Positions 10,251 to 20,461 of a stretch of DNA of 64,000 bases are shown piece by piece; positions within the stretch are counted from its first letter, which is position 1, and every line of letters begins with the position of its first letter. The stretch is from an uncultured Gammaproteobacteria bacterium. Lineage in GTDB: Bacteria; Pseudomonadota; Gammaproteobacteria; DRJJ01. The position numbers and the translations under genes were made by a program. The notes below the pieces were generated by a model. That model was given only the letters and a program-made list of their open reading frames with translations. It had not been told where the DNA came from and searched no databases. The stretch lies in the NCBI GenBank assembly GCA_947258795.1, contig CAMYJU010000016.1, positions 21,178 to 85,177 of the forward strand, read 5' to 3'.

Positions 10251-10757
10251 CTAGAAATCCGGGTCCCAGTCAACCGTGATTACCCTGTTCTGCAGATCAA
10301 CATCCAGTATGACGTCGTTACGCAGGTACGGTATCAGCCGTTCCCGTTCACCCTTGACCACCAGTACATCATTTGCGCCAGTTTCCATCAGGTAATCGAC
10401 TGTACCCAGTGACTGGCCGCTATCGGTCCGCACCTCCAGGCCTTGCAGGTCAGACCAGTAAAATTCATCTTCCAGCAATTCCGGCAGCTGCTCTCGCTGT
10501 AGCGCAATATCAGCACCAATCAGCCCGGTTGCCGCGTTACGGTCTTCATAGCCTTCCAGCCGCGCAATCACGCCTTTGCCATGCGTGCGGCCTTCGGCGA
10601 CCTCGAAACTGCGCCAGTTGCCATTCAGTTTTACCAGCCAGGGGCTGTACTGAATGATATTTTCCCGTGGCCGGGTATAGGAATACACCTTCACCCAACC
10701 ACGAACACCATACAGGCCGGTAATACGACCGGCCTGTATGGTGTCTTGATTCTTCAT
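10251..10757 (-). CDS. rimM: Ribosome maturation factor RimM
   Basis: 168 aa; [16 protein letters not shown]-terminal motif and PRC barrel C-terminus. Confidence 0.93.
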   Translation of the reverse strand: MKNQDTIQAGRITGLYGVRGWVKVYSYTRPRENIIQYSPWLVKLNGNWRSFEVAEGRTHGKGVIARLEGYEDRNAATGLIGADIALQREQLPELLEDEFYWSDLQGLEVRTDSGQSLGTVDYLMETGANDVLVVKGERERLIPYLRNDVILDVDLQNRVITVDWDPDF

Positions 10758-10789
10758 GACTCAATCACCGCGTCGCGGTGATGATCACA

Positions 10790-11038
10790 TCAGGCAGCCT
10801 TGCTTGCCTGCTTGATCAGCTGCGCTACCCGGTCAGAAGGCTTGGCGCCTTTTGAAATCCAGTAATCAATGCGTTCGCTTTTCAGTTCCAGTGAGGGTGC
10901 ATTACCCTTTGCTACAGGATTGAAAAACCCCAGTCGCTCTATGTAACGGCCATCACGACGGTTACGACTGTCAGTCACAACGACATGATAAAATGGTCGT
11001 TTTTTAGCTCCGCCACGTGCCAGACGTATCGTTACCAT
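10790..11038 (-). CDS. rpsP: 30S ribosomal protein S16
   Basis: 82 aa; [21 protein letters not shown]. Confidence 0.97.
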   Translation of the reverse strand: MVTIRLARGGAKKRPFYHVVVTDSRNRRDGRYIERLGFFNPVAKGNAPSLELKSERIDYWISKGAKPSDRVAQLIKQASKAA

Positions 11039-11284
11039 TACTTGAAAATCCTCTGCTGCAACCCGGGCCTGCCCATCAGGCCTTCAGGGAACCGGGAATT
11101 TTACGCTATTTTGGGCAAAAGTGAAGTACCTGGGGCAATTTTGTGGTCAAAATATCAGCTCTGACGCACGGTTGTCCCGAACACCCCGGATCGATATTGT
11201 TAACCAATTGTTTTTAAATGATTATTTGTGCTGCTTGTGATGTCGGCCCTTTACCCAGCTATAAATTTCATTAGACTAGTCCGC

Positions 11285-12013
11285 ATGCCTGTAGCCCGAC
11301 GCTTACAGTTTATCGATCTGCTACGCGGTGTCGCGATCGCCCTGATGGTGTTCTACCACGGCGCCTACGACCTGAATCTTTACCAACTTGCGCGCTTCGA
11401 TTTTTATCAGGATCCGTTCTGGCTGAACCTGCGTACCTTGATCGTAAGCCTGTTTCTGTCCCTGGTTGGCATCAGCCTGGTGCTGGCCAGTAGTGGCTCA
11501 ATTAACTGGCAACGCTACGGTAAACGCCTGGGATTGCTGCTGGCCTGTGCCGGGCTGATCAGCCTGAGCAGTTATTTCATGTTCCCGGGCCGAACCATTG
11601 TGTTCGGTATCCTGCACTTCATTGCGTTGGCCAGTCTGATCGGCCTGGTGTTTGCGTCACACCCATGGTTCAGCCTGGTGACCGGTATCGTGCTGGTGCT
11701 GGTTGGCAACCTGTTCAGTCACACGCTGTTCAATCAGTCCTGGCTGCACTGGATCGGTCTGATGACCCACAAGCCCGCGACCGAGGATTATGTGCCGCTG
11801 CTGCCGTGGCTCGGAGTAGTACTGATCGGCATCAGTATCGGGCACCTGTTGCAGCGCACCGGTATCGGGGAGGATCTGCTAAGCTCGTACCAGTCATCAG
11901 CGCCTGCGCGCATGCTGGCACTGGCCGGCCGGCACAGTTTGCTGATCTATATGCTGCACCAGCCGATATTGCTCGCGGTACTATGGCCATTGGCCGGTTT
12001 TCCCGGACTATGA
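11285..12013 (+). CDS. DUF1624 family membrane acyltransferase-like protein
   Basis: ORF 11228..12013; likely start MPVARRLQFIDLLRGVAIALMVFYH; multiple TM helices. Confidence 0.55.
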   Translation: MPVARRLQFIDLLRGVAIALMVFYHGAYDLNLYQLARFDFYQDPFWLNLRTLIVSLFLSLVGISLVLASSGSINWQRYGKRLGLLLACAGLISLSSYFMFPGRTIVFGILHFIALASLIGLVFASHPWFSLVTGIVLVLVGNLFSHTLFNQSWLHWIGLMTHKPATEDYVPLLPWLGVVLIGISIGHLLQRTGIGEDLLSSYQSSAPARMLALAGRHSLLIYMLHQPILLAVLWPLAGFPGL

Positions 12014-12026
12014 AGGAGTCAGTCGC

Positions 12027-12743
12027 ATGAATGAACAACAGGGTTTCAGCATCGATACGCTCGAGCTCGGCCCGATGGAAAACTTTGTCTACCTGATCCA
12101 GGACCACAACAGTGGACGCGCCGCGGTCGTCGACCCGGCCTGGGACGTGGACCGTATTATCGAACTGGCCAGACAGCGCGACGTCCAGATCACCGATATC
12201 CTGCTCACCCACAGTCATCATGACCACATCAATGGCATCGAGGAACTGCTCGGGCACTACGATGCGCAAATGCACCTGACCCATGCAGAGGCCAGGTTCT
12301 GGGATCGCTACCTGGACCTGCCCACGCTGCATCACGGCGGTGACGTGATTACGCTGGGTGACACCGAGATCAAGGTCTTGCACACCCCGGGACATACACC
12401 CGGCTCGGCCTGCTATCATGTCGGCGACCAGCTGATCGCCGGCGATACGCTGTTTGTATTCGGTTGCGGTCGTTGCGACCTGAACGGTGGTGACCCGGAA
12501 CAGATGTACCACACCCTGCAGCATCTCCGTAACGACCTGCCGGCCAGCACCATCCTGTTACCCGGCCATAATTACGCGGTCAAACCGACATCGACCCTGG
12601 AGGAGCAGGTGCAGGGTAATCCTTTCATGCATTTTCATGACAACCGGCGTTTTGCTGAATACCGCATGCATGTCCATGACCGCATACGTCACGACCCCTA
12701 TGGCCCGGTCAGCCAACAGGAGGTGGATGAGCTGGAGCTCTAG
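12027..12743 (+). CDS. MBL-fold metallo-hydrolase (GloB-like)
   Basis: 238 aa; THSHHDH metal-binding motif, HTPGHTPG. Confidence 0.85.
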   Translation: MNEQQGFSIDTLELGPMENFVYLIQDHNSGRAAVVDPAWDVDRIIELARQRDVQITDILLTHSHHDHINGIEELLGHYDAQMHLTHAEARFWDRYLDLPTLHHGGDVITLGDTEIKVLHTPGHTPGSACYHVGDQLIAGDTLFVFGCGRCDLNGGDPEQMYHTLQHLRNDLPASTILLPGHNYAVKPTSTLEEQVQGNPFMHFHDNRRFAEYRMHVHDRIRHDPYGPVSQQEVDELEL

Positions 12744-12752
12744 CCTGTCTGA

Positions 12753-14111
12753 TCAGAATGGCATACCCGGCGGCAGCTTGCCTTTCATGTTGCGCATCAT
12801 CTTGGCCATGCCGCCCTTGCCCATTTTTTTCATCATTTTCTGCATCTGCATAAATTGCTTGAGCATGCGATTGACATCCTGAACCTGGGTACCTGAACCG
12901 GCGGCTATCCGCTTTTTACGCGAACCCTTGATGATCGCCGGGTGACTGCGCTCTTTTGGCGTCATTGAATTAATTATGGCAATCGTGCGGCCAACCTCCT
13001 TGTCACCGACCTGGGCCTGTACCCCCTTGGGCAGGTTGGTCATGCCGGGTAGTTTTTCCATCATACTGCTGATACCGCCCATCGCGCTCATCTGTTGCAT
13101 CTGGTCCCTGAAATCGGTCAGATCGAAGCCCTTGCCTTTCTGCAGCTTCTTGGCCAGCTTGGCCGCCTGTTTGTGATCGACCTTTTGCTGCACCTCTTCG
13201 ACCAGTGACAGCACATCACCCATGCCCAGCATGCGCGAAGCCACCCGGTCCGGGTGGAACGCATCCAGCGCATCGATTTTCTCACCGACACCCATGAACT
13301 TGATCGGCTTGCCGGTAATCTGGCGTATCGACAGTGCCGCACCGCCGCGCGCATCACCGTCGGTCTTGGTCAGTATCACGCCGGTCAGGGCCAGTGCCTC
13401 ATTAAAGGCCGCCGCGGTATTGGCCGCATCCTGACCGGTCATACTGTCGACCACGAACAGGGTCTCGACCGGGCTGACTGCTTCGTGTACACGCTGGATC
13501 TCAGCCATCATCTCGTTGTCGATATGCAGGCGACCGGCGGTATCGACAATGACCACATCAATAAACTGCTTGCGCGCCTGCTCAATCGCGGCGCGGGCGA
13601 TCTTGACCGGGTCCTGTGAGGTCTTGCTCGGGAAAAACCCGACCTCGACCTCCCGCGCCAGGGTTTCGAGCTGGTCGATCGCGGCCGGGCGATAGACGTC
13701 GACACTGACCAGCATCACCGATTTTTTCTCGCGCTGTTTTAACAGGCGCGCCAGTTTCGCCGTGGTGGTGGTCTTGCCGGCACCCTGCAGACCGGCCATC
13801 AGGATCACTGCGGGGGGCTGCGCCGTCAGATCCAGCGCGTCATTACTGTCACCCATGACATGAACCAGCTCGTCATGAACGATCTTGATAAAGGCCTGCC
13901 CCGGTGACAGGCTGCTCATTACTTCCACACCAATAGCACGCGTGCGCACATGCTCGATAAATTCACGTACCACCGGTAGGGCCACGTCTGCCTCGAGCAG
14001 TGCCATACGCACTTCTCTCAGGGTGTCACTGATATTGGTCTCGGTCAGTCGCCCCTGACCGCGCAGGGACTGTACGGCATTGCTCAAACGTTCGCTGAGA
14101 TTGTCAAACAT
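12753..14111 (-). CDS. ffh: Signal recognition particle protein Ffh
   Basis: 452 aa; NG domain GLQGAGKTTT, DTAGR, M-domain Met-rich C-terminus. Confidence 0.97.
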   Translation of the reverse strand: MFDNLSERLSNAVQSLRGQGRLTETNISDTLREVRMALLEADVALPVVREFIEHVRTRAIGVEVMSSLSPGQAFIKIVHDELVHVMGDSNDALDLTAQPPAVILMAGLQGAGKTTTTAKLARLLKQREKKSVMLVSVDVYRPAAIDQLETLAREVEVGFFPSKTSQDPVKIARAAIEQARKQFIDVVIVDTAGRLHIDNEMMAEIQRVHEAVSPVETLFVVDSMTGQDAANTAAAFNEALALTGVILTKTDGDARGGAALSIRQITGKPIKFMGVGEKIDALDAFHPDRVASRMLGMGDVLSLVEEVQQKVDHKQAAKLAKKLQKGKGFDLTDFRDQMQQMSAMGGISSMMEKLPGMTNLPKGVQAQVGDKEVGRTIAIINSMTPKERSHPAIIKGSRKKRIAAGSGTQVQDVNRMLKQFMQMQKMMKKMGKGGMAKMMRNMKGKLPPGMPF

Positions 14112-14249
14112 ACTAATTCCAGATCCAGAAAGTTAATCGAGTCGCGCCTGATCAGCGTCAGGGCTGTGTTTTACGTGTAGTGTACCTGATTATATTGAAA
14201 AATAAGTCCGGGAAGCCGTGATTTAAAGCCTCCGCCATGGACAGCAGCA

Positions 14250-15014
14250 TCAAAGATCGAATTCAGCACCGCTATATAACTGGTGTAGATTCCGCTCCGA
14301 TATCGCCTCGTGACATTCGTTCATAATAACATCTTCTGAACCGGGCTTGAGATGGGTGATATAGACCTCAGGCTGATGCCTCAACTTGGCCACGTCTGCA
14401 GCCAGTAAGGACGGGCAATAGTGGTAGGCCAGCTTACAGATACTTTTGTCCACATTCGGAAAGGCCGCCTCAATGATCAGAAAGTCCAGCGAACCCAGTG
14501 AATTAAGCGCATCCCACAATACATCATTAGTGGTCGTATCGCCCGTGTACACCAATGTTTTTTCGTCACCTTTAATATGATAGCCCACGGCCGGAATAAC
14601 ATGATTGACCTGCAACATCTGGATAAAGCCACCATCAATCTCACACACCTCGCCAGGTGTCAGCCGATGGTAGTTCAGCACCCCGTCACCGGTGGTCGGT
14701 ATCGCCGTAAAATCAGGCCACAACACGTTGTTGAACATATGTTTGTCGAGTGCATCGATGGTTTCTGGCAAGGCGTGTATGGTCAACGGCGTGTCCAGCA
14801 CATCAAAGATGGTATCAACCAGTAACGGGATGCCACCGACATGATCCAGATGTGAGTGGGTGATATAGATGTCCCGGATCTGGCGTAGTTCATCGAGTTC
14901 CAGATCACACACGCCCGTACCCGCATCGACCAGCGTTTTGTCACCGACGAGTATTGAGGTGGTGCGACGTTGGCCGCCAATTCCGCCACTACATCCCAAT
15001 ATCTTTATCTTCAT
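14250..15014 (-). CDS. Class II 3',5'-cyclic-nucleotide phosphodiesterase (MBL fold)
   Basis: 254 aa; MKIKILGCSGG N-terminus and THSHLDHVGG motif as in class II cAMP PDE family. Confidence 0.8.
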   Translation of the reverse strand: MKIKILGCSGGIGGQRRTTSILVGDKTLVDAGTGVCDLELDELRQIRDIYITHSHLDHVGGIPLLVDTIFDVLDTPLTIHALPETIDALDKHMFNNVLWPDFTAIPTTGDGVLNYHRLTPGEVCEIDGGFIQMLQVNHVIPAVGYHIKGDEKTLVYTGDTTTNDVLWDALNSLGSLDFLIIEAAFPNVDKSICKLAYHYCPSLLAADVAKLRHQPEVYITHLKPGSEDVIMNECHEAISERNLHQLYSGAEFDL

Positions 15015-15282
15015 TCCGGGCCTGTTCCCACTTCCTTACTGAATCCATAGTATGCTTGCTGGCGTGTTCCCGCATATACCATTGATTGCCATGCCCGGGA
15101 GACACTTCGTTTCTATATCAGTAGTTTATAGCATGTTTACAGACGCAATGACAAAATTTGTGTCTTAAAAAACAGCCAAATAGATCTCAATGTGCACGAT
15201 CTGCCAGGAACGCTTCACAAAAATACACTGAATATGCCATCATGCACTAATTGATAGAATTATCCTGCTTACGGAAACCCCG

Positions 15283-16086
15283 ATGCTGACAGGCATATTG
15301 GCCATTATTATTTATCTGGTGACTACCTTCTTGCTGGCCCGGCGCTTGCTGCAGCCGACCAAAGAACACCCCGGCAGAAACGCGATTATTACGCTGGGTC
15401 TGGTTGCCGTTGGTTTGCACGGTGCCGACCTGTATACCATTTTGCCTACCCATGAAGGTATCAATCTTGGCTTCTTTAATGCCCTGTCACTGATCTTCTG
15501 GCTAATCTCACTGGTATTACTGCTCAGCGCCTATCGACGTCCGGTAGAAACATTGTGTGTCCCGTTTCTGCCACTGGCTGCCATTTCTATCCTGCTGGCC
15601 ATTACCTTTGCGTCGCAAAGGACCCTGCTGGTCAGTACGGCCTGGCAATTGCAGGCGCATATCATCTTTTCGATTTTCGCTTACAGCATACTGACCATCG
15701 CCATTGTGCAAGCCACCCTGCTCGCAATACAGGACCGGCGTCTGCGTACACACCGGCCCGGTGGACTGATCCGGGTGCTGCCGCCACTGCAGGACATGGA
15801 GTCCTTCCTGTTCCAGTTAATCGCAATCGGTTTCGTGCTGTTGTCCATCAGCCTGCTGACCGGCACTTTGTTCATCGAAGACATGTTTGCGCGCCACCTG
15901 GCCCATAAAACCGTACTGTCGATTATCGCCTGGGTGATCTTTCTGGTCTTGCTATGGGGTCGCTATCGACTGGGCTGGCGCGGCAAGACCGCGATCCGCT
16001 GGACACTGGGCGGCTTTCTGACTCTGATGCTGGCCTATCTCGGCAGTAAACTGGTACTGGAACTGGTGTTACAGCGCGTCAGCTAG
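15283..16086 (+). CDS. Cytochrome c assembly family inner membrane protein (YpjD-like)
   Basis: 267 aa polytopic membrane protein; position next to ffh and a CorC-family gene mirrors the ypjD-yfjD arrangement. Confidence 0.75.
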   Translation: MLTGILAIIIYLVTTFLLARRLLQPTKEHPGRNAIITLGLVAVGLHGADLYTILPTHEGINLGFFNALSLIFWLISLVLLLSAYRRPVETLCVPFLPLAAISILLAITFASQRTLLVSTAWQLQAHIIFSIFAYSILTIAIVQATLLAIQDRRLRTHRPGGLIRVLPPLQDMESFLFQLIAIGFVLLSISLLTGTLFIEDMFARHLAHKTVLSIIAWVIFLVLLWGRYRLGWRGKTAIRWTLGGFLTLMLAYLGSKLVLELVLQRVS

Positions 16087-16102
16087 GTTTAAGGAACGAA
16101 TC

Positions 16103-17398
16103 GTGGACGAAATACCACTCAGTGTGCTGTACGGTACGCTCATCTGCCTGATCGTCGGCTCTGCCTTTTTTTCCGGCTCCGAAACCGGCCTGATGATGTT
16201 GAACCGCTATCGTCTGCGCCACCTGGCCAAAAGCGGCCACCCGGGTGCACGCCGCGCATCCAATTTGCTGGACAAGCCGGACCGCCTGATCGGACTGATC
16301 CTGTTATTCAATAACGCGGTTAACCTGCTGGCCTCTTCACTGGTCACAATCATCGCCCTGCGACATGGCGGGGATGCTGCGATTGCGATCGGCACCGGCC
16401 TGCTGATTCTGGTCATACTGATTTTTGCCGAGGTCACGCCAAAGACACTCGCCGCGCGTCACCCCGAACGCATTGCCTTTCCCGCCGCCTGGCTGTATGT
16501 CCCTTTGCTCCGAATATTTTATCCGCTGGTGTGGATCGTTAACATGATTGCCAATTACTTTCTGCGCCTGCTCGGGGTCAGGCCGGAATATGGTACCAAC
16601 CTGGAACTGAGTCGCGAGGAGCTGCGTACCGTACTGGCCGAGGCCGGCAAACGCATCCCCGAGCGCCACCAGAAAATGCTGGTGGGTATCCTCGACCTGG
16701 AAAAGGTCACCGTCGAAGACATCATGGTACCGCGCAATGAGATATCAGGTGTCGATCTGGATGACAACTGGGAGACCATACGCAAACAAATCAGTGAGAG
16801 TGCATACACTAAACTACCGGTCTTTCGTGGCAGTCTCGATAATGTGCAGGGCTTTGTTCACTTGCGCCAGGTCATGCGTATGCTGGGACAGGAAGATCTG
16901 GACAAATCCGATTTTGAAAAGGTTATCCGCCCAGTTTATTTCACACCGATCACCACGGCGCTGCACACCATGATGTTGAACTTCCAGAAAAACCGGCAAC
17001 GCATTGCCCTGGTGGTCGATGAATACGGCGATATCCAGGGCCTGGTCACACTGGAAGATATCCTCGAGGAGATAGTCGGTGAGTTCACCACCGATCCAAA
17101 CCAGTTCAGCCGCGATATTCACCCACAGGAAGACGGAACCTTCCTGGTTGATGGCGGTGTCAACCTGCGCATGCTTAATCGGGTACTGACCACCCAGTTC
17201 CCGACCGATGGCCCGAAGACGCTCAATGGCCTGGTGCTGGAATACCTGGAGAGCATCCCGGAACCGGGTACCAGTGTGCTGATCGCCAATCACCCGATGG
17301 AAATCATCCAGACCAAGGAACAGGCGATCAAAACCGTGCGCATCTTACCGCGTATCGAGATCAAAGACCATTCCGAGAATGAGGAATTAAGCAGTTAA
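16103..17398 (+). CDS. HlyC/CorC family transporter (DUF21-CBS pair-CorC_HlyC)
   Basis: 431 aa; N-terminal TM DUF21, CBS pair, C-terminal transporter-associated domain. Confidence 0.9.
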   Translation: MDEIPLSVLYGTLICLIVGSAFFSGSETGLMMLNRYRLRHLAKSGHPGARRASNLLDKPDRLIGLILLFNNAVNLLASSLVTIIALRHGGDAAIAIGTGLLILVILIFAEVTPKTLAARHPERIAFPAAWLYVPLLRIFYPLVWIVNMIANYFLRLLGVRPEYGTNLELSREELRTVLAEAGKRIPERHQKMLVGILDLEKVTVEDIMVPRNEISGVDLDDNWETIRKQISESAYTKLPVFRGSLDNVQGFVHLRQVMRMLGQEDLDKSDFEKVIRPVYFTPITTALHTMMLNFQKNRQRIALVVDEYGDIQGLVTLEDILEEIVGEFTTDPNQFSRDIHPQEDGTFLVDGGVNLRMLNRVLTTQFPTDGPKTLNGLVLEYLESIPEPGTSVLIANHPMEIIQTKEQAIKTVRILPRIEIKDHSENEELSS

Positions 17399-17514
17399 TT
17401 GTCGGCATTACTGTGAATCAATTCAAGCGTTTGTGACATCTGCCGATTATAATTAATCAGAGGTCCTGAACTACACAAGTAAGTGAAACCAGACAACCAA
17501 ACAGGAAAGCCAGC

Positions 17515-18120
17515 TTGCACCAACTGACATTGTCATTCCGTGACCGTAAACAACGGGTTTACCAGCTCAAGGGTGAGCAAAGCACGGCTGGTCGAGACAG
17601 TGGCTGTGACATCGTCATCGATAGTCTTGCGATCGAACCGGTACACGCACATTTCGTGATTCAGGACGACCAGCTGACAGTCAGTCCGGCAACCCCGCAG
17701 GCCACCATCCTGCTAAACGGTAAAGAGATCCAGGAACAGCAGCTCACACACGGCGATCAGATATCGCTGGGGAAACATACACTGACCTATTCAAAAAAGG
17801 AATATGCCGAGCGGCCGCAGGAATCCGGCACTGACCAGGGACGCGTGACACATAAGGGCTGGTTACAATTCACCAATGGCCCCAAGGTCGGCCACTCCAT
17901 CCCCATCAATAAACGTCTGATGCGTATCGGCAAGTCCCGTGACTGCCTGGCCCTGATCTCGACGCGTGATGGCGGTTTCTATATCTCTCACCTGGACGGG
18001 GAACAACCGACACGGATCGACGGTGTCGACCTGGAAGACCGGAGTCACCTGCTCAACGATGGTGACAGCATACAGCTCGGAAAAATCCGGATGTTGTTCT
18101 TTACCGACAATCCTGAATAG
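17515..18120 (+). CDS. Tandem FHA domain protein
   Basis: 201 aa, apparent TTG start; two FHA signatures (AGRDSGCDIVIDSLAIEPVHAHF and RIGKSRDCLALISTRDGGFYISHL). Confidence 0.65.
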   Translation: MHQLTLSFRDRKQRVYQLKGEQSTAGRDSGCDIVIDSLAIEPVHAHFVIQDDQLTVSPATPQATILLNGKEIQEQQLTHGDQISLGKHTLTYSKKEYAERPQESGTDQGRVTHKGWLQFTNGPKVGHSIPINKRLMRIGKSRDCLALISTRDGGFYISHLDGEQPTRIDGVDLEDRSHLLNDGDSIQLGKIRMLFFTDNPE

Positions 18121-18128
18121 GAGACATC

Positions 18129-18386
18129 ATGACTACACAGGCTAATGAGGCAAACAAACGGCATTTTACCCGTATCCCTTTTGACGCATTACTGGAAGTC
18201 ATACCGGATAATGGCAAGCAGTTTAAAACCCGGTTACTGGATATTTCACTGAAAGGTGCATTGATCAAAAGACCCACTGAATGGCAGGCGCAGCCAGGCG
18301 AGTGGCATCCATCAGCCACTTGCGCCGTATTGTTGAACAAAATACCGCCGATGAAAATCTGCTGCACCGTGAACTGTCAGCACTGA
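18129..18386 (+). CDS. Single-domain PilZ c-di-GMP binding protein
   Basis: 85 aa; RHFTR (RxxxR) and DISLKG (DxSxxG) motifs. Confidence 0.7.
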   Translation: MTTQANEANKRHFTRIPFDALLEVIPDNGKQFKTRLLDISLKGALIKRPTEWQAQPGEWHPSATCAVLLNKIPPMKICCTVNCQH

Positions 18387-18387
18387 T

Positions 18388-19302
18388 TCATGACAGCGAT
18401 AGCTGACATTCATCCAGCTGTTGCCGGGTCAGGATAAATACGCCCTCACCTCCCTTGCCAAAATCCGGCCAGACAAACGGCACATCCGGCAGGCGCGCCT
18501 CCAGCGCCGGTCTGCTGAAGCCGACCTCGACCACCAGTAGACCCTGGTCATGCAGATAGCGATGCGCCTCGCGCAGGATACGTAACACGATTTCCAGACC
18601 CTGGTCCGGGGCCTCCAGCCCACCACGTGGCTCCTGATGATATTCATCCGGTAACGCACTCCACTCCTCTGTGCTGACATAAGGCGGGTTACTGATGATC
18701 AGGTCAAATCGCTGGTCTTCGATACTATTGAACACATCCGACAGAATAGTCGTCACCTGGTGCCCGAGGTCATGCCCATCGATATTGATCTCGGCAACCG
18801 CAAGTGCGTCTTCCGACACATCGGCAGCAAGCACCCGGGCCTGCGGGAACGCATAGGCACAGGCGATCGCGATACAGGCACTGCCGGTACACAGGTCCAG
18901 TATCGATGCCGGTTCCTGTTCACCCAGCCAGGGCTGGAAACGGGCTTCGATCAATTCGGAAACCGGTGAACGCGGCACCAGCACACGTTCATCCACATAG
19001 AACTCCAGACCGGCAAACCAGGCCTTGTTCAGCAAATACGGCAAGGGCTTGCGCGTATGAATACGCTGGTCGATCAGATCAACAATCTCTTCCTTCTCCT
19101 GGCTGGTCAGCCTCGCATCCAGGTAGCCCTGTGGCAGTTCGAATGACAGGCCCAGGCTTTGTATGACCAGGGCATAGGCCTCGTCCATCGCGTTGTCCGT
19201 GCCATGCCCGTAATAAAGACCGGCCTGCTCAAAACGGCTGGCCGCCCAGCGAACCCAGTCGCGCAGGGTGTACAGCTCATCCATCACCGAAATTTTTTTC
19301 AA
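18388..19302 (-). CDS. prmB: 50S ribosomal protein L3 glutamine N5-methyltransferase
   Basis: 304 aa; LDLCTGSACIAIA SAM motif and NPPY catalytic motif. Confidence 0.9.
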   Translation of the reverse strand: MKKISVMDELYTLRDWVRWAASRFEQAGLYYGHGTDNAMDEAYALVIQSLGLSFELPQGYLDARLTSQEKEEIVDLIDQRIHTRKPLPYLLNKAWFAGLEFYVDERVLVPRSPVSELIEARFQPWLGEQEPASILDLCTGSACIAIACAYAFPQARVLAADVSEDALAVAEINIDGHDLGHQVTTILSDVFNSIEDQRFDLIISNPPYVSTEEWSALPDEYHQEPRGGLEAPDQGLEIVLRILREAHRYLHDQGLLVVEVGFSRPALEARLPDVPFVWPDFGKGGEGVFILTRQQLDECQLSLS

Positions 19303-19361
19303 ACGGCGTTCTCCTTTTGTGATTCTGATATACTGCCTGCTCCCTGAATTGTAACAGTAGT

Positions 19362-20015
19362 GTGATCAAGATGTCCGAACTAAGCCCCGCGAGACGCCTG
19401 ACTATATTAATGATGATGACCGTGGTAGCCGGTCTGCTCAGCGGTATCTGGTGGATGAAAAAATCACCGCCACCGCAACCGATCAGCATTACCGGCACCG
19501 TGTTACAACCGGCACGGCCATTGGGCGCCTTCCACCTGACTGACCACAAGCTGCAGGATTTCGATCAACGGCAACTGCAGGGAAAGTGGAGCTTCATGTT
19601 TTTTGGCTATACCAACTGTCCGGATATCTGCCCGACCACACTGTTTCTGTTCAAGATGCTGGCTGCCAAATTACTAACCCAGTCCGACCTGTATAAAAGC
19701 ACACAATTTCTATTTGTATCGGTCGACCCAGAACGTGATACCGCTGAGGTACTGGCCCGCTACATGGATTACTATAATCCGGACTTCAAGGGGCTCACCG
19801 GCACGGCCGAGGAAATCAAACAGTTCACTACTATGCTTGGTGTACCTTATATCATTGGCGAGCATGAACCGGGGCAAAAAAACTACACGGTAGACCACAC
19901 TGGCGTTATTATTCTGGTTAACCCACAAGGCGGTTTTCAGGCCGTGTTCAGCCCGCCACAGAAGCTGGACGAGGTCTATACTGATTACCTGAAACTGGTT
20001 AATTACTATCAATGA
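19362..20015 (+). CDS. SCO1/SenC family copper chaperone
   Basis: 217 aa; CPDICP thioredoxin-like CxxxC and downstream His. Confidence 0.88.
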   Translation: MIKMSELSPARRLTILMMMTVVAGLLSGIWWMKKSPPPQPISITGTVLQPARPLGAFHLTDHKLQDFDQRQLQGKWSFMFFGYTNCPDICPTTLFLFKMLAAKLLTQSDLYKSTQFLFVSVDPERDTAEVLARYMDYYNPDFKGLTGTAEEIKQFTTMLGVPYIIGEHEPGQKNYTVDHTGVIILVNPQGGFQAVFSPPQKLDEVYTDYLKLVNYYQ

Positions 20016-20461
20016 AAATACAACAAAGACTCGCCACACTAATAATGATATGCCTGGCCTTACTGGTCAGCACGTCGGTCCTTGCCGAAGGGGGCCTGTC
20101 TGTTAGTGATGCCTGGGTGCGTGAAGCACCACCTGGTGCACATGTGCAGGCCGGCTTTGTCATCATTCATAACGACAGCGATCAGGAGCGTAAGATCACC
20201 GCCGTACGCAGCCCGGCCTTTGGCAGTATCGAAATTCACAACATGCACATGGAAGACGGCATGATGCGCATGCAAAAGCAGGATACCCTGATTATACCAC
20301 CTAACAGTACCCTGAAGCTGGAGCCCGGGTCTTTCCACCTGATGCTGTTTGACCCGGTCAGGTACCTGAAAGCCGGGGACAGTGTTCACTTTACCCTGTC
20401 CACCGGGATGGGCACCTGCATAGACATCAAGGCCCCGGTTAAAACCGGTATGGGCAATTGA
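20012..20461 (+). CDS. Periplasmic copper chaperone PCu(A)C (DUF461)
   Basis: 149 aa; signal peptide, HxM/Met-rich motif (IHNMHMEDGMMRM); 4-bp overlap with SCO gene. Confidence 0.78.
   Translation: MKIQQRLATLIMICLALLVSTSVLAEGGLSVSDAWVREAPPGAHVQAGFVIIHNDSDQERKITAVRSPAFGSIEIHNMHMEDGMMRMQKQDTLIIPPNSTLKLEPGSFHLMLFDPVRYLKAGDSVHFTLSTGMGTCIDIKAPVKTGMGN

Noticed and set aside
11832-12524. 230-aa minus-strand ORF overlapping the MBL hydrolase gene
   Set aside because: Antisense to a gene with clear catalytic motifs; no recognisable features.
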